NCBI RefSeq assembly: GCF_001447785.1
Contig: NW_015167162.1
Span: forward strand, 1-64,000
Reading direction: 5' to 3'
Origin: Gekko japonicus
Taxonomy: Eukaryota
Length of the DNA stretch: 64,000 bases
The stretch's first letter is position 1. Every line of letters begins with the position of its first letter. The translations under genes were made by a program, and so were the position numbers. Of the stretch, positions 12,019-24,727 are shown in pieces. The notes below the pieces were generated by a model, which saw only the letters and a list, made by a program, of their open reading frames with translations, did no database searches and had not been told where the DNA came from.

Positions 12019-12510
12019 TAAGGGTGTGCATTCAGCATAAACCGAACCAAAAAAATACAGTTTAAACCAAGCTGCAAGAGGAGCCGCCAGCTCCAGCCGA
12101 GGTAGTGCAGAGCTCTGAGCTCCCGCCGCTCTGGCCAATACGGACTGGCAACTTCACCAGGAAGAATCCTTTAAATGCCTTTCCCCCCTCCATTGGTTTC
12201 AATGGAGAACGGGGGCACCTTCTTTGGGGGCCCATAGAATTGGGACCCCTGGTCCAATCTTTTTGAGACTTGAGGAGTTTTTTGAGGAGAGGCACCAGTA
12301 GATACCCTTGTATTGATTCTCCACTATACCCTATAGGTATACCCTATAGGGTATAATGGAGCCAAAAAAATTAGGTTTCCTAACTATTTCCTGAATCCGA
12401 ATACCATACCAGTATTGGGATTCAGGAATATCAGGAAATACCAATATTTTTCGGGTTCAATATTCCCAAACCCCAAAAATACTGAGGGATTTTTTTTTTG
12501 CATGCCCCTA
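12019..12510. mobile_element. hAT-like MITE (TAGGGGTGTGCA-type TIR)
   Basis: taagggtgtgca / tgcatgccccta; 8-bp TSD accgtgag / gctgtgag. Confidence 0.7.
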
Positions 12511-13984
12511 GCTGTGAGATTTGAATAACCTCATGGGCACAAGCCTACTGAACTACAGTATCCTGCAGCCATATTAATCTTTCCGGGGTGAATCAACACA
12601 TAAATATGGCTTGAACAAGTCTTGCCTATAAACCCCAGAAGGACCACGAAGCACAGAAGCACTATCTAAGCAAATGTTTGGCATATTACATATTTCTGAG
12701 GGAAAAGATGTTAGAGGCTGCCTCCTTCAGGTTAGCAGGACAAGCTGTCCTAAAATTGTTAGAGTATAGCTGCCTAGCCAATGGTGCCCAAATGCACCTT
12801 TCCACATTGTGGTCCCCATTGACTTACCACTGTGCCTGGTGAAAGGTGCACCCTCGTGGACAGTCACAGCATTCAGGGTACCTCAGATCCCTAGGGATCT
12901 CAGGCAGCCTTAATATGGAATGATCCCTGGTCTCCCCCTATTCTTACAACTTCTGTCCTACAGCAGCCATTTTGCCTAATTTGGTGTTCCCAATCAGCCT
13001 TACCCCAGCTATGCCTGACAACAGTTGTGAAGCTTGTAAAGCAGACGAATGGGGTCTTGTGGTGATGAACTTACAATTATACATCATGGAATGCTAAGAA
13101 AGCAGGCCTAGGAATGCTAAGAAAGCAGGCCTGAAGCACCTGTAATATCCACAAAATAAAGGCTAACCTAGACCCAGAGGCTCCTGAAAACAGTGAGGAA
13201 GGAAAAGCTGAAATCCCTCCTCCCACCACACCACACTCTTGAGCCAAATCAGGCCTCAGAGCATTTGGGAACGTTTGTTCCCCAAGGTGATGTCTGTCTG
13301 CAAGTCAAGTAGGGAATTTCAGATGTATTGTCTAGTTTGGCCCTAAGGGCTTATTCATACAAACCCTGGCTTTCAGCTGTCCTGCTATAGCTTGAGATGG
13401 TCATGGAAGTGCCAAGTGCTAAAAACATGGATAAATATTTTGTAACTCAATCACATCCACTAAAAAAAGTAATAGTTGTGACTAAGTGCCAAAAGCCAAT
13501 CCATGCCAAATTCATAGCATAGTGTCAGCAGTTACATAACTGGCTGCTACCAAGACAACATGACAAAAGTCAACTGGACTGACATAGCCACCACATGTTC
13601 TAAAAGGATTGTGTGAATAGGCCCTGACAGTCCTGTGAATGCAGTGCTGGCATCAGCATTGTGTCTGGATTCTTATTATTCCAGCAAGTCTTTAGAGGAG
13701 TAAAGATGGACAAAACCCAAGACCAGCTCCTTTGGCAAGTTCCCAAAAATGTTAAACATGACAAAGACAGAATGAGCCTATGAGGCAAAAGCAAGGGACA
13801 AGTTGGCTGGCTGGTTCCAGTCTGGCTGTTTACAACTGGCTGGTTCTTTGATAACATGGGGCTTTTCTGGTATCCTGAGATTATGAACTTGTTTTCACCA
13901 ATCTCGTAAAGAAAAAATATCATTAGCAGACTGAAGCCTGGTTTTGTCCTGTGGAACGCAGTGGGCATTTAAGGGTCCTTTCAT

Positions 13985-14180
13985 GGTGGCGGAAAGTGCC
14001 ATCAAGTCACAGCTGACTTATGGCGACCCCGTAGGGTTTCCAAGGCAAGAAATATTCAGACGTGGTTTGCCATTGCCTGCCTCCACATCACAACCCTGCC
14101 ATTCCCTGGAGGTCTCCCATCCAAATACTAGCCAGGGCTGACCCTGCTTAGCTTCTGCGATCTGATGAGATTGGGCTTGC
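13985..14180 (-). mobile_element. 5S rRNA-derived SINE with RTE/BovB-type 3' tail
   Basis: 14110-14180 is the reverse complement of a 5S-like segment (ggtctcccatccaaatactagccagggctgaccctgcttagcttctgcgatc); tail on minus strand ggcaatggcaaaccac...ggggtcgccataagtc...gacttgatggcac. Confidence 0.75.
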
Positions 14181-14830
14181 ATTTTTATGCTGCCTTCCCT
14201 CCCAATCAGGGTCCACAAGGTAGCAAACACAAAATAATTAAAATATTAAAACATTTGAGAAATTAAAACTACATTTAAAATTATAAAATAATTCAATCAA
14301 AAACACATAAACAAAGAACATCAGAAGAAGAGCCAGTATCCATTATCAGGGGGTATGGAAGACAAAAAAAAAAGTGGTGATAGACTGCTGGTGAAAGACA
14401 CCAATAGAGGGAGATGGACGGATGCCCTTGGGGAGGGACTTCCAAAGTTTTGGCGCAATGACTAAGAAGGGACTTCCTCAGGTTGTTACGCATCTAGCTT
14501 CAGGTGGTGGGGGCAACCAAAGCAGGGCCTCTGAAGATGACCAGAGTGTAGGGGTTGGTTCATAAAGGAGAAGGCAGTCCTTAAGGTATATTAGTCCCAG
14601 GCGGTATATGCTTTAAAGGTCAATACCCACACCTTGAATTGAGCTCAGAAGCAGACTGGAAGTCAGTATAACTAGGACAATGGTCCCTATAATCCACTCC
14701 AGTCAATATTCTGGCTACAGCATTTTGTACCAACTGCAACTTTTGGACAGACATCAAAGGCAGCCCCACAAAGAGGATATTAGAGTAATTTAATCTAAAT
14801 GTTACGAGGGCATGCACCACAGTGGCATTT
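14181..14830 (-). mobile_element. L2 LINE ORF2 3' fragment
   Basis: ATVVHALVTFRLNYSNILFVGLPLMSVQKLQLVQNAVARILTG (L2 motif RLDYCN...LQLVQNAAARL). Confidence 0.85.
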
Positions 14831-16504
14831 GTTAAGCAACACATGCATTTGTTACTTATTTGTTGTAAAGAATCAGGTAATAAATGATCATTAAAAAATA
14901 CTTTTAAAAGCATCATTCAGAAGCAGTACACATCAAACAATATCAAAAAATCCAGAGGCAGCAACAGGAAAAGACAGCAGAATTCAAAGGGAAAAGCTCT
15001 GAAGAATAAAACAGTTTTTACCAGACATCCCAGGTTCAGTCTCCAGCATCTCCAGCTAAAAGGATCAGGTACCAAGTGATGTGCAAGACCTTTGCCTGAG
15101 ATCCTCAATCAAAGTAGACAGTACTGACCTTGATAAGCCAACTATCTCACTCTTTGTAAGGCAACTCAGTGTTCACATACTTACTGCAATCCCTAGTCAC
15201 TACGTGCCTATCAACAGAAGGCAAGTGCAGGGCCTCTGATGTTGGCTAAAGAGCATGGGCAGTCTTACATGAGAAAAGGTGATTTTTCAGATACTCTTGT
15301 CCCTCATTTATTATTTTTAAAGTTTACAACCAGCATTTTGAATTGTGCCCAGAAACACAGCAGTCACAAGAGGAAATTTTTAATAAGAATGAAATATGGT
15401 CATTATGGCAATGTTATCATTATATTCTGAACCACATGAAGAGTCTGTATACTTTTCAAAGCCAGCTGCACATATAGTACATTACAGTTGTCTAAATGAG
15501 CATTATGAAATCAAAGCTCAGTGTGGCAAGGCCATTGTTTTCCATAAAAGGGACATATTTTGCCTTGAGCAATGCCACTCACACAGACTTTGTCAGGGTA
15601 CAGGTGGAGGACTTCTCCTAGCCAAATGCAGCAAGAGAGACAGAGTGTGACGAGTTTGCACAGTGCTTTCAAATTTACCCTGCAGGTTCTCTGTAATAGC
15701 ACATCGAAAACTTACTAGGGCTGCAACCTGACACACATAGATCAAGGAAATGTCATCTTCTCCCTCATTGTGACACCTTGCAACAAATTTAACCATTTTC
15801 CTACTCTTCAACACATACTACCCCATCAACGTGAACTAAGAACTAAGCTATACGTTATGATCAGACTGGAATTCAGCATCCCTATGGCTAATTTTACAAC
15901 TTCCTTGCCTGTAACATTTAGCAACAATCACCATATGAATCTTAGCCAGAATTTGGCCATCACATAGCAAATCCCTACCCCATGTATTGTTGAAGAGTGC
16001 TAGCAGGAACAGGAGGAAACAAACACTGAGAACAACTAAACATTGTGGCTGTTGTATGTATGCATGTCTAACACTCATTATGGGGATGTGGGGCCCAAAC
16101 TACATGTTACATTTAACACATGCAAGTTCGTCATGGGAATTCAATTCTAAAGCCTCTGGGGTCCAATCTGGATTAAGACTGTGGTGCAGGGGGAAGAGGG
16201 ACTCCTGCCTCCCTTCCCCCATGACATTTTCCTGACCCAGAACAGCCCGGGAGGTATTTGCCTTGCTGGGGACTGCATGTGCACAGAATACTTGCACATA
16301 CAAAGCTCCCAACACAGCAAACAGCACCCTTCCCCCCCCCCCCGAGCAGTTTTCCTTCAAGAAAATGGCACAGGAGGAAGGCTGGAACTCCTCTTCCCGC
16401 TGTGGCATGGTGCTTATCCAAATCAGGCCCCTGATAGTCCTTTGAATTTGAGTTCCCATGAGGAACTCACACCTGGCATCTTGCAGCAAGTCCCCATGGA
16501 GATC

Positions 16505-17127
16505 AGCTGCGCGGTGGCGCAGGCGGTAAGTGAAGCCTGCATTGACATCTGACCAAACAGCTCCGGCTGTTCGAGCCCCACCGTGGCCGGGGTGAGCTCC
16601 CGGCCCTATGTCCCAGCTCCCGCCCACCCAGCAGCTCGAAAGCCCGTTAAAGGGCAAATAGACAAATTGGGTACCTGCTCTTAGAGCGGGGGGGCACCCG
16701 TCCCTTGCGGTGTAGTGGCGGCGTGAACGGCGAGCGGCGGCAGAGAAACATTGCGGCGGCTGGCAAGGCAAAGCGAGTGAGAGGAGGCTGGGCCGGCAAA
16801 AAGCACAGAGGTGGGCGACGCAGCAGGCCGGAGCCTACTGAACAGAGGCCGGCAGCAAGCATGCGCGGATGTGCGCTCAGTCCAAGCCCGAAGGAGTCGC
16901 AACAGCCAGGAAGTCGCAACAATCAAAGACCAGCGCCAGGAGGATGTCACCGGACAAGCTCCCACAGACAACAACTACTCGCTACAGGGTGCCTGGTAGG
17001 CTAGTCACTCTCCCCCTTGTATGTGGCCCTAGGTTAGGATTGGCATTAATGGAATATGTAAAACCGCTCAGAGCCCTTGGGGGGTGAGCGGTATATAAAT
17101 TGAAGGAAATAAAATAAATAAATAAAT
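16505..17127 (+). mobile_element. Sauria-SINE-related element with long GC/CpG-rich body and L2-like tail
   Basis: A-box tggcgcaggcgg (16515-16526), B-box gttcgagcc (16569-16577), Sauria-like ggggtgagctccc...cccagctccc...cagctcgaaagc...aaatagacaaattgggtacc; ends tgtaaaaccgctcagagccc...gagcggtatataaat..(aaat)n. Confidence 0.6.
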
Positions 17128-18350
17128 TGGTGGATATGTTAGTTGCCTTACAACTGTGCATTACATTGCATTACAACTCTGTGCAGAAACTGATCTCAAC
17201 TCACATAAGCAAAAATCACTTGATAGCTGTCACTCTCGCTTTATAAATATGGTCATGTGAACTGGCCCCAATGTGGAAACATATGTGTTTGCACTTCAAG
17301 AGGAGGCAAACAGAATAGCTGACCTGAGAAATGCTAAATGCCTGTGCATTCAGTCTCATTCTTGCACACACCAAGGAATAATGCGCAGATACATCATGAT
17401 CCTTTCAAATAAATTCAGCCAAAGTCTACAACAGTGCTACATCAGTGTCTCAGGGTACTGAGTAAAGAAAACCCAGAGCTGGAATTCTATGCCCCTGGAA
17501 TGGGCTCTAGATTCAATCCTGCCAATTGTTTGATGTGGTGTTATTTCCAGAGCCTTCGCCAAGCCCTCATCTAAAGCAGGCCAGTAATTCTATCAGGCTA
17601 TAGCTCCAAAGGCAGGCTGAGTATAGAGCCTCTCCAGCCAATATGTAGCTGTACTGCCTAAAACGATGGCCGTTGTTTTCCAGTTTTCTCTTGCCTAACA
17701 TCTCTTATGAGGGAACAAACATCAGTCTGCCCTGGGGTTTTAAAGAGGTGGTTTGTGGGAAATTGAAGGGCTCTGAGCCAGCAACAAAGCCAAACTAATT
17801 CTTGCTGGCACCTAAGCCAACATTAAGTCCAAGTAAACATCAGTGAAAATGTCACACATGCTGTCACCCAAGGTTATTCAGGAAAAACACCCATGTTTAA
17901 CAAGGAACAGGCGTGACAAGGTCCTCATGTCCACCATAGGGATGCCACCACCACTTTAAAGACTAAAATGGGTAATCTAAAACTGCAGAGCAGAGGGATG
18001 AGGTGTTCTTGTGTCATCGTCCCCACCGTGAAGCTTTTCAAGTACTGAATGGCCATGGTGGGGATCAGAATTGAGCCCTCATGGCATTTTTAAGTTGCCC
18101 ACTTTAGGCTTTACAATGGCCGTGGTGTCACACTGGTGGACACAAAGATGCTGTCACATCTAATTTTGCCCACAGTGTCTCTGGGATGAGTGGCCATGCC
18201 TTGAGCTCCAATTTTCTGGTTTTTTTCCTTGTCCTATTCCAAATGGATCATCTCTATCAAAGCCCAGTTTATGTTCAGACTCCCCATGTTCAGAGACTGT
18301 CTCTACAAGGTAAGCAGAGATTAACAATGCTTCCCTTGGACAGCACTTAC

Positions 18351-18453
18351 CTGGTTTCTGTGGGCATGGGATACATCTGCTTATCCCCCAGAAGGTCCCC
18401 ACACTGCCACAACAATCTTCATATTTGGACAGACCAGGCAATGGTTCAGCACA
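18351..18453 (-). CDS. LTBP2: LTBP2 coding exon (~exon 8): hybrid/TB-like domain
   Basis: Acceptor ttcttttgtag|TGT; [34 protein letters not shown], cf. human [34 protein letters not shown]; donor G|gtaagt; 103 bp. Confidence 0.95.
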
Positions 18454-19699
18454 CTACAAAAGAATAGAATGAGCATCAGGATTCTGTCTCTGTTCAACGC
18501 TCAGGGAGAAAAACTATGCCATACAAAATGCCTGGTCCCCCATTCGCTCCTTCAAGGGGTACAAGATGCTTGACAAAATGCTACAGAAAACCAGACAGTG
18601 GGGGAGGAAAAGGAGAATAATAGCTGTGGCTTTCTGTGGAGGAGTGATCCACAGCTATAGCAGAGGTGCCTGGTTCATACTTTACATGCTAACACATTAC
18701 AAGCAGCACAGTTCCCTGCAAGACCAGAGATGTATTTTGAAACAATAAACAGACTCACAGACAAGGAAATGAAAGCCTGCCTGTTATTTTGCCCCTTGGA
18801 ATGCTCATATATTAGTATAAGACACGAGGCATTACTGTTAGGTTTGTGTAGCAAAAGAAAACCCTGAGATGATATCACTGAGCAAAGCCTGTGGATAAAA
18901 CAAATGCCTTCTCCCAGACTTATGTCTATTAGCTAGCGAGATGGGTACACAGTTCCAGACCTTGTGGGGACGTTTGTGGTGAGGCATTTTTCATTTACTT
19001 AATAAGTCTCTCTTTCCCGCCCAACAAGGCCCTCTGGATTACAGTCTTTCCCATTAGAGCTGAGCTGTTGTGGTCCACGGGCCAAATCTGGCACTCATCC
19101 ATCCCCAAAAAATGGCCATGTGCCCAGTGCTCACATTCCAATAAGTTTGGCTTCAGACTGAAATGGAAGAGACAAATACTTCCTGTTCAGGATTCTAGCC
19201 ATCACCCAGTCTGCTCAGTTGCAGACTCTGACCCAGCTGAAGAAGGCAAGAACAGACCAAAGATCCTTGCCCTGTGGTAGCCTGTAGAACTCTACAGAAG
19301 ACCACTTCAGGCCTAAAAGTGCTTCTTACCACTGAATGAATCAGAGGACAGGCCTTTGAGAGAAACATTGAACTCATCTATTAATTGCATATAATGAAAA
19401 GTTTCAGTTTAAAGCTCTTGTTTTTAAAATTAATCATCTAGTATTTGCTCTGGTAAGAAATATAAGCTTTGGAAATGCAATGGAACTGAGTCTAATAAAA
19501 CCCAAAATTCCTTGCCCTAGGTATGGATGCTGAGGGCTTATCCACTTGATTATGTAGGCCTCACCAATAACTCTTTTGAGAAAGGATTACAGGAAAAAGG
19601 GAAGAGGGGAAGATATCCAAGTAGACCAGTGAAAAGAAACAGGGCCCACTGTAAAAACAATGTAAAATACAATATCTCTCCTTTAAATAATTGTGTTTT

Positions 19700-20248
19700 G
19701 GGGTGGCCACCATCCTATGGGGTGGCGAGAAGAAATGCACTCCCTCAGCCATTGGGCCACCAGCTGCCGCTCAGGACTCCTGGCATCCCATTGGCTGGGG
19801 GGGGGACGAGGCTAGTTGGCCTCTCCAGAACTGGGGACGGGTCCGAATGGTGGTGGCGGCGGCACCCAGTTGTTGGGGAGAGAAGGGGATGGCCGTGCCG
19901 CGCTTCCCTGTGCCCACAGACGCCACGGGCATTTCTGCAGGGGGGCCTCTGCCAGGGTTCCTGGTGCTGCCCCCGCCGCTCACCTTGGGAACCGGGGGGC
20001 AAGGCCGCACCGCACTTCCCGGGGCCACCGCGGCCTGGACTGGGGACACCACGGGCACTTCTTTGGGGATGGCGTTCAGCCTCCGCCAGCCTTCCCTCCA
20101 CCACCCTCGCTGGCCTGGCAGCGTGCCCCGGCTGGACTTGGGGACAGGAGGAGGCAGCCGCACCTGCCCTCTAAAAACACTTCGTGGCCACCAAGAAAGA
20201 TGTTGACAGTCACTGTGGTGCCCATGGGTACCACACTGGGGACCCCCG
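19700..20248. mobile_element. GC-rich hAT/Charlie-like MITE
   Basis: 3' end gtggtgcccatgggtaccacactggggacccc resembles the end of 57605-58215; its GC content explains the overlapping spurious ORFs; TSD not resolved. Confidence 0.45.
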
Positions 20249-21237
20249 AAATGACAGACAGGCTTAGCACCAGCCAGAGCAAAAACGGAGCACCTATCCA
20301 TGCAAGGGGAGTGTGTGATTATAATGATATAAACCCTGAAGTGGGAGTGACAACTGCCTTTTCCAGGAGCAGGGATGGGAAGAGGAGTTCCTTGCAGGAT
20401 AGACCCATGTCGGGCCAACATTGCTTTAAGTCTATGAAGAACTGTAAGCCAGAGAACCAGTTTAGTCAGGCTGTCTTATTTTAACTCTGTTTTGCATTCT
20501 CCCTGTCTCTGGAATCCTCCCCCACTCCCCTCTTCCCATGCAACTAGTTATAGCAGTCCTTCCTCTCTTTTCCAAATAAAATTAATATATTTTTTTGTTC
20601 AGAGTCTGAGACTGGGGAAAAAGGCCTAGCTTCCGTGTGTGCCAGCTCTCAGTGAAGCCAGGCTGTATGTGTAGCTGGATGAGGGGAGAGATTGCATGTG
20701 CATGGAAGAGAGAGGAAGAATTTAGCCAGTCAGATTTTAAACAGACAGGCTGGTAGCAGCTACCCATTAAGTGCTTGTGTAGGCTTTGCTTTAGGGGCAA
20801 ACAACAGCCAAACAGCTTCAGGGAGGGCTGGGAAAGCAGGGTCCTCCATCTCTAGGTTCCCCCTGTCCTTCCTCCAAGCCACTGTGACACACATAGAGCA
20901 GCTATTCAAAGGGCACTCCAAACCCTAAATGGACGTGTGTAAGGAAGAGAAGACAGACATGAAGGTTGAAACAACAATCTCAGTACAATATTCGGTCAAG
21001 GCAGCAGCTACAGATCCCACCAAGGGCCTGTCTCCACTGCACGAACTTAAACAGATCAAAGTGAAGTATACAAGCAGATATTGCTTCAGTATGCACTCAT
21101 CTCTTTGCCATTTGGGTGGCTGATGGAGGTCACTGTAACCTGTACTGCTGCCTTACAGCTTGGAGTGGAATGATACCTGAGTGATGTGAAGATGATACCT
21201 CCTCACATCACCAAACCAGGAGTAATGGAAGCAGCTA

Positions 21238-21790
21238 TATGAATACACTCTACTGAGCAGGGATACCATGTTTCTATACTACAGAGAACAATTAACACAA
21301 TCTCTTTGTGAGGATGAGACGTGGTTTGAATGGATGTAATTTCAATACGTACATGTGGATCCTGATTTGCTGTACTACAGCAATGATTCAAAAAATGGGC
21401 CGCATGCTAAAAGATGACTATGGTCCCGGTCACACGGCAATGTTGCCGCGGGAGAGGCACAGAAGGTGAGCGGATTATCTGAGCGTGATCACACCCCAAC
21501 ATCTGTGAAGTGGAGCGCACCTGTGGCTTACTGCCGACAATGCGGATTTAAAAACTAGTACCTCCAAGGTACTAGTAAACGTTTGCCACGGGCTGCCTCC
21601 AGACGTATGAATACACTCTACTGAGCAGGGATACTATGTTTCTATACTACAGAGAACAATTAACACAATCTCTTTGTGAGGATGAGACGTGGTTTGAATG
21701 GATGTAATTTCAATATGTAGATGTGGATCCCGATTTGCTGTACTACAGCAATGATTCCAAAAATGGGCAGCATGCTAAAAGATGACTATG
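21238..21790 (+). repeat. 185-bp direct repeat flanking a 183-bp MITE 5' fragment
   Basis: 21238-21422 nearly identical to 21606-21790; spacer is similar to the MITE start at 23119. Confidence 0.9.
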
Positions 21791-22060
21791 TGGTTAAAAA
21801 ATATGATATTCTAAAAATTTTGAATACTTTTTCACTCTGATATTTCATAAGCCTGCCCATGAAAAAGCTCACACATCACACATACAATATCCATAGTCTC
21901 ACACCCCATATATGGACTATTAACCGATTACACTTTAATCACCTTTCCTCCAGGACTCTCCTCTAGTTTATTCTTACAACAACTCTTTATGATAGGTTAG
22001 GATGAGAGAGGATGTGAGCCCCAAGGTCACCTAGTGGGGTCATTACCGAACATCTCTTAC

Positions 22061-22326
22061 CTTTCCATATACTGTCTTCAGGTAGCATTTCCCCACGAGG
22101 CCCTGGGGCCTCTGCAGCTGGTTGCTCTCTGCAACTATGTTGTTCCTGATGGTGGTATTATCAGTGTACTGGGGGTCAGTGGGAAGCTGAGACATCAACA
22201 CAGTTTCAACACTGTTCTCTTCAGACTGGTCTGAGTCACTTTTCACTCTAGCCACTTGATGGATTTGCACTACAGCCTCTGGAGGGTGGTTAATGTGTAC
22301 ATTCACAAGGGAAGGATGTATCGAAG
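22061..22326 (-). CDS. LTBP2: LTBP2 coding exon (~exon 7): linker and start of hybrid domain
   Basis: Acceptor ttttctttcag|CT; (A)SIHPSLVNVHINHPPEAVVQIHQVARV...EENSVET...RPQGLVGKCYLKTVYGK; donor AAG|gtaaga; 266 bp, ends in phase 0. Confidence 0.95.
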
Positions 22327-23118
22327 CTGAAAGAAAAGTTAGACATTTACCAGTGTAAACATTATCTCTCTTGGAATGCAGGCACCTACAAACCAGCACA
22401 AGGTTTCCAGGATGGAAAGTAATAGAGCAGATACACTTCAAAAATTTAGAAATCCACGGTAGTTACAAAGTCACATTGGTTATCACACCAAACAGCAAAT
22501 CAAAAATCAACCATCACTTATAGCATGTAATGTACAAGCCGATGAAATAGTGTCTGGCTTGGAATAAAGCCCAGAGAATGACGAGGAATCTGTGAGCTTC
22601 AGAATTTGGACAAAATGATTAAAAGCACCCATCACCTAGGCAGGTTTCTGTCTGGGCTACATAGAGACTATGATCTCAAAAAAATCCCTGAAATGAGTAC
22701 TCTTATGAATGTAATCTGGTAACAATGAGTTGGATCCAAACCTTATATTCTGCTGGCAGAAGCGCTCTTCTTCAGGCAAAGGAGAAGAAGTGATTTCACC
22801 TCTTACTGTAGATCCCCCACATGTTGCCCAGTGCAGTTTCTGGGGAGGGGGTCCTGTCCCCAGGGGCATGTTTGGGGGTGCAGTGGCCAGTAGCAGGGGG
22901 TGGGAAATTCTTATTCTGCAAGCAGAGCTCCACTTATGTTAATTTAAAGACACTACATTGGATCAAATTTTAATTAATATCTCAAATCTTTTCTTACATT
23001 AAATCTCATAAATCTCATTTGTAAATGTTTTATATTGATCTGATTTGAGAACGAATTTGGAGATGCTTCAAAAGAGCAGCAAAAGCAACAACATATTCAC
23101 ATGAAAAGTCCACAGCAT

Positions 23119-24261
23119 GGGCGCGATCACATGCAGAATTAGCCGCGCCATAGGCACGAATGCCGGCAGATTTTATGGGCGCGATCACATGCCAACATCA
23201 GCCAAGTGTCCCGCTCCCGTTGGCAACCCGTTTTGCTCCATTGCAGAAGTGGGAAAGAAGTAGCTTTGGAAAAAGTGCAGAAAAGGGCAACTCGAATGAT
23301 AAAAGGGTTGGAACCCTTTCCCTATGAGGAAAGGTTAAAGCGCTTAGGGCTCTTTAGCTTGGAGAAATGACGACTGAGGGGAGACATGATTGAGGTTTAT
23401 AAGGTTATGCATGGGAAAGAGCAGGTAGAGAAAGAGGTACTTTTCTCCCTTTCTCACAATCCCAAAAAAACCCTGACTCACCCACGGTTGCGTCTGATCA
23501 CGCAGTGGCGGGCCACCCCCGCAGTTCCCAGGGACTGTGTGATCGCGCAAATGCGGGTCAAATTCCTGCGGAGCAAATAGCCTCGCTTCCCCCCCGCATT
23601 ATCCCGTGTGTGAACACTGCCCTTTTGTACCTTTTTTCGCTAACACCTCCATGTGTACCCATTTTGAAGCAAACACTGTTGAGTACTACTACTTTAGGAT
23701 CATTCCTAGTTAAGAACTGTTAGGGATGCATTTAGAATGAAAAACAAGTCAATGAAAGACCCATCCCTCTTTAAAGGCACTTGTAAAACCGGGCAATAAT
23801 TTTGACACTACATGACAAGAACATTGGCGTCTCTTATGTTCTTATGGAGTAAAAAGACACAGGGGAAACCCAGTAGCAAAAGAGTTTGCTACGGGCCAGG
23901 AACAGACTTTCCTCAGTGTGATCACAGCAGCGCGCTTCCATGGGGTCAGGATGGTCTGCTCGGGCCATCCCGACTCCATGTCATTTTTCCCCCCGTTTTG
24001 GTATGCGCATCATCACACACTGCATAGGGAGCACTCGGTGCAGAGATGTGAATCATCAATCCCTTGTTGAAGAACACCGGAAATCCGCGCCCCCCCCCAA
24101 AAAAACCCTGACTCACCCACGGTTGCGTCTGATCACGCAGTGGCGGGCCACCCCCGCAGTTCCCAGGGACTGTGTGATCGCGCAAATGCGAGTCAAATTC
24201 CTGCGGAGCAAATAGCCTCGCTTCCCCCCCCCACATTATCTCGTGCGTGTGAACACTGCCC
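23119..24261. mobile_element. Harbinger-like MITE with GATCACA subterminal repeats, containing a CR1 fragment and a duplicated segment
   Basis: Ends gggcgcgatcacat / gtgtgaacactgccc; CR1 (+) at ~23260-23460 and CR1 tail at 23821-23846; no clean TSD. Confidence 0.55.
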
Positions 24262-24459
24262 ATAAGTACCTTTTTTCGCTAACATCTCCATGTGTACCCA
24301 TCTTGAAGCAAACACTGTTGAGTACTAGTTCTTTAGGATCATTCATAGTTAAGAACTATTAGGGATGCATTTAGAATGGAAAACAAGTCAATGAAAGACC
24401 CATCCCTCTTTAAAGGCACTTGTAAAACCGGGCAATAATTTTGACACTACATGACAAGA
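23461..24459 (+). repeat. ~360-bp dispersed direct repeat
   Basis: 23461-23820 highly similar to 24096-24459 (MITE 3' end plus ~200 bp unique flank). Confidence 0.9.
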
Positions 24460-24526
24460 GGAATGGGTGGTTCAGATATAAGTAAAGTGGACTTCATACA
24501 CCTGCAACCTGTGAGAACCAGCTTAC

Positions 24527-24727
24527 CAAGATGGTTGGACAGAGGAAGTGTGTACATAGACTGCCTCATGGAGCTACTAGTCAGGCTATTTGAAGACCTC
24601 CCCACTTGCTTTCTTTCTGGTTTTACAGCTGGCAGGTGGCAAAACTTCCCTGTTGAATTAGATGGGCACCAACATTCATCCCTGCCAACACAGCGCCCTC
24701 CATTTAGACAGGGAATCTGGCAGAAAT
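24527..24727 (-). CDS. LTBP2: LTBP2 coding exon (~exon 6): EGF-like domain
   Basis: Acceptor ctcttaacag|AT; (Y)FCQIPCLNGGRCVGRDECWCPSNSTGKFCHLPAVKPERKQ...YTLPLSNHL; donor G|gtaagc; 201 bp. Confidence 0.96.

Noticed and set aside
13088-13132. CRISPR-like or regulatory repeat
   Set aside because: Simple 22-23 bp tandem duplication without spacers, in eukaryotic intronic context
14110-14180. 5S rRNA gene
   Set aside because: Partial, diverged and fused to a LINE-derived tail
1-18350. LTBP2 exon 9 (…ENGQLECPQGYKR…HCQ)
   Set aside because: No matching sequence with splice sites found by eye; probably beyond the window, as is exon 2 above 54682
19527-20484. Several overlapping 120-220 aa ORFs
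   Set aside because: Stop-poor GC-rich MITE sequence; no recognisable domain
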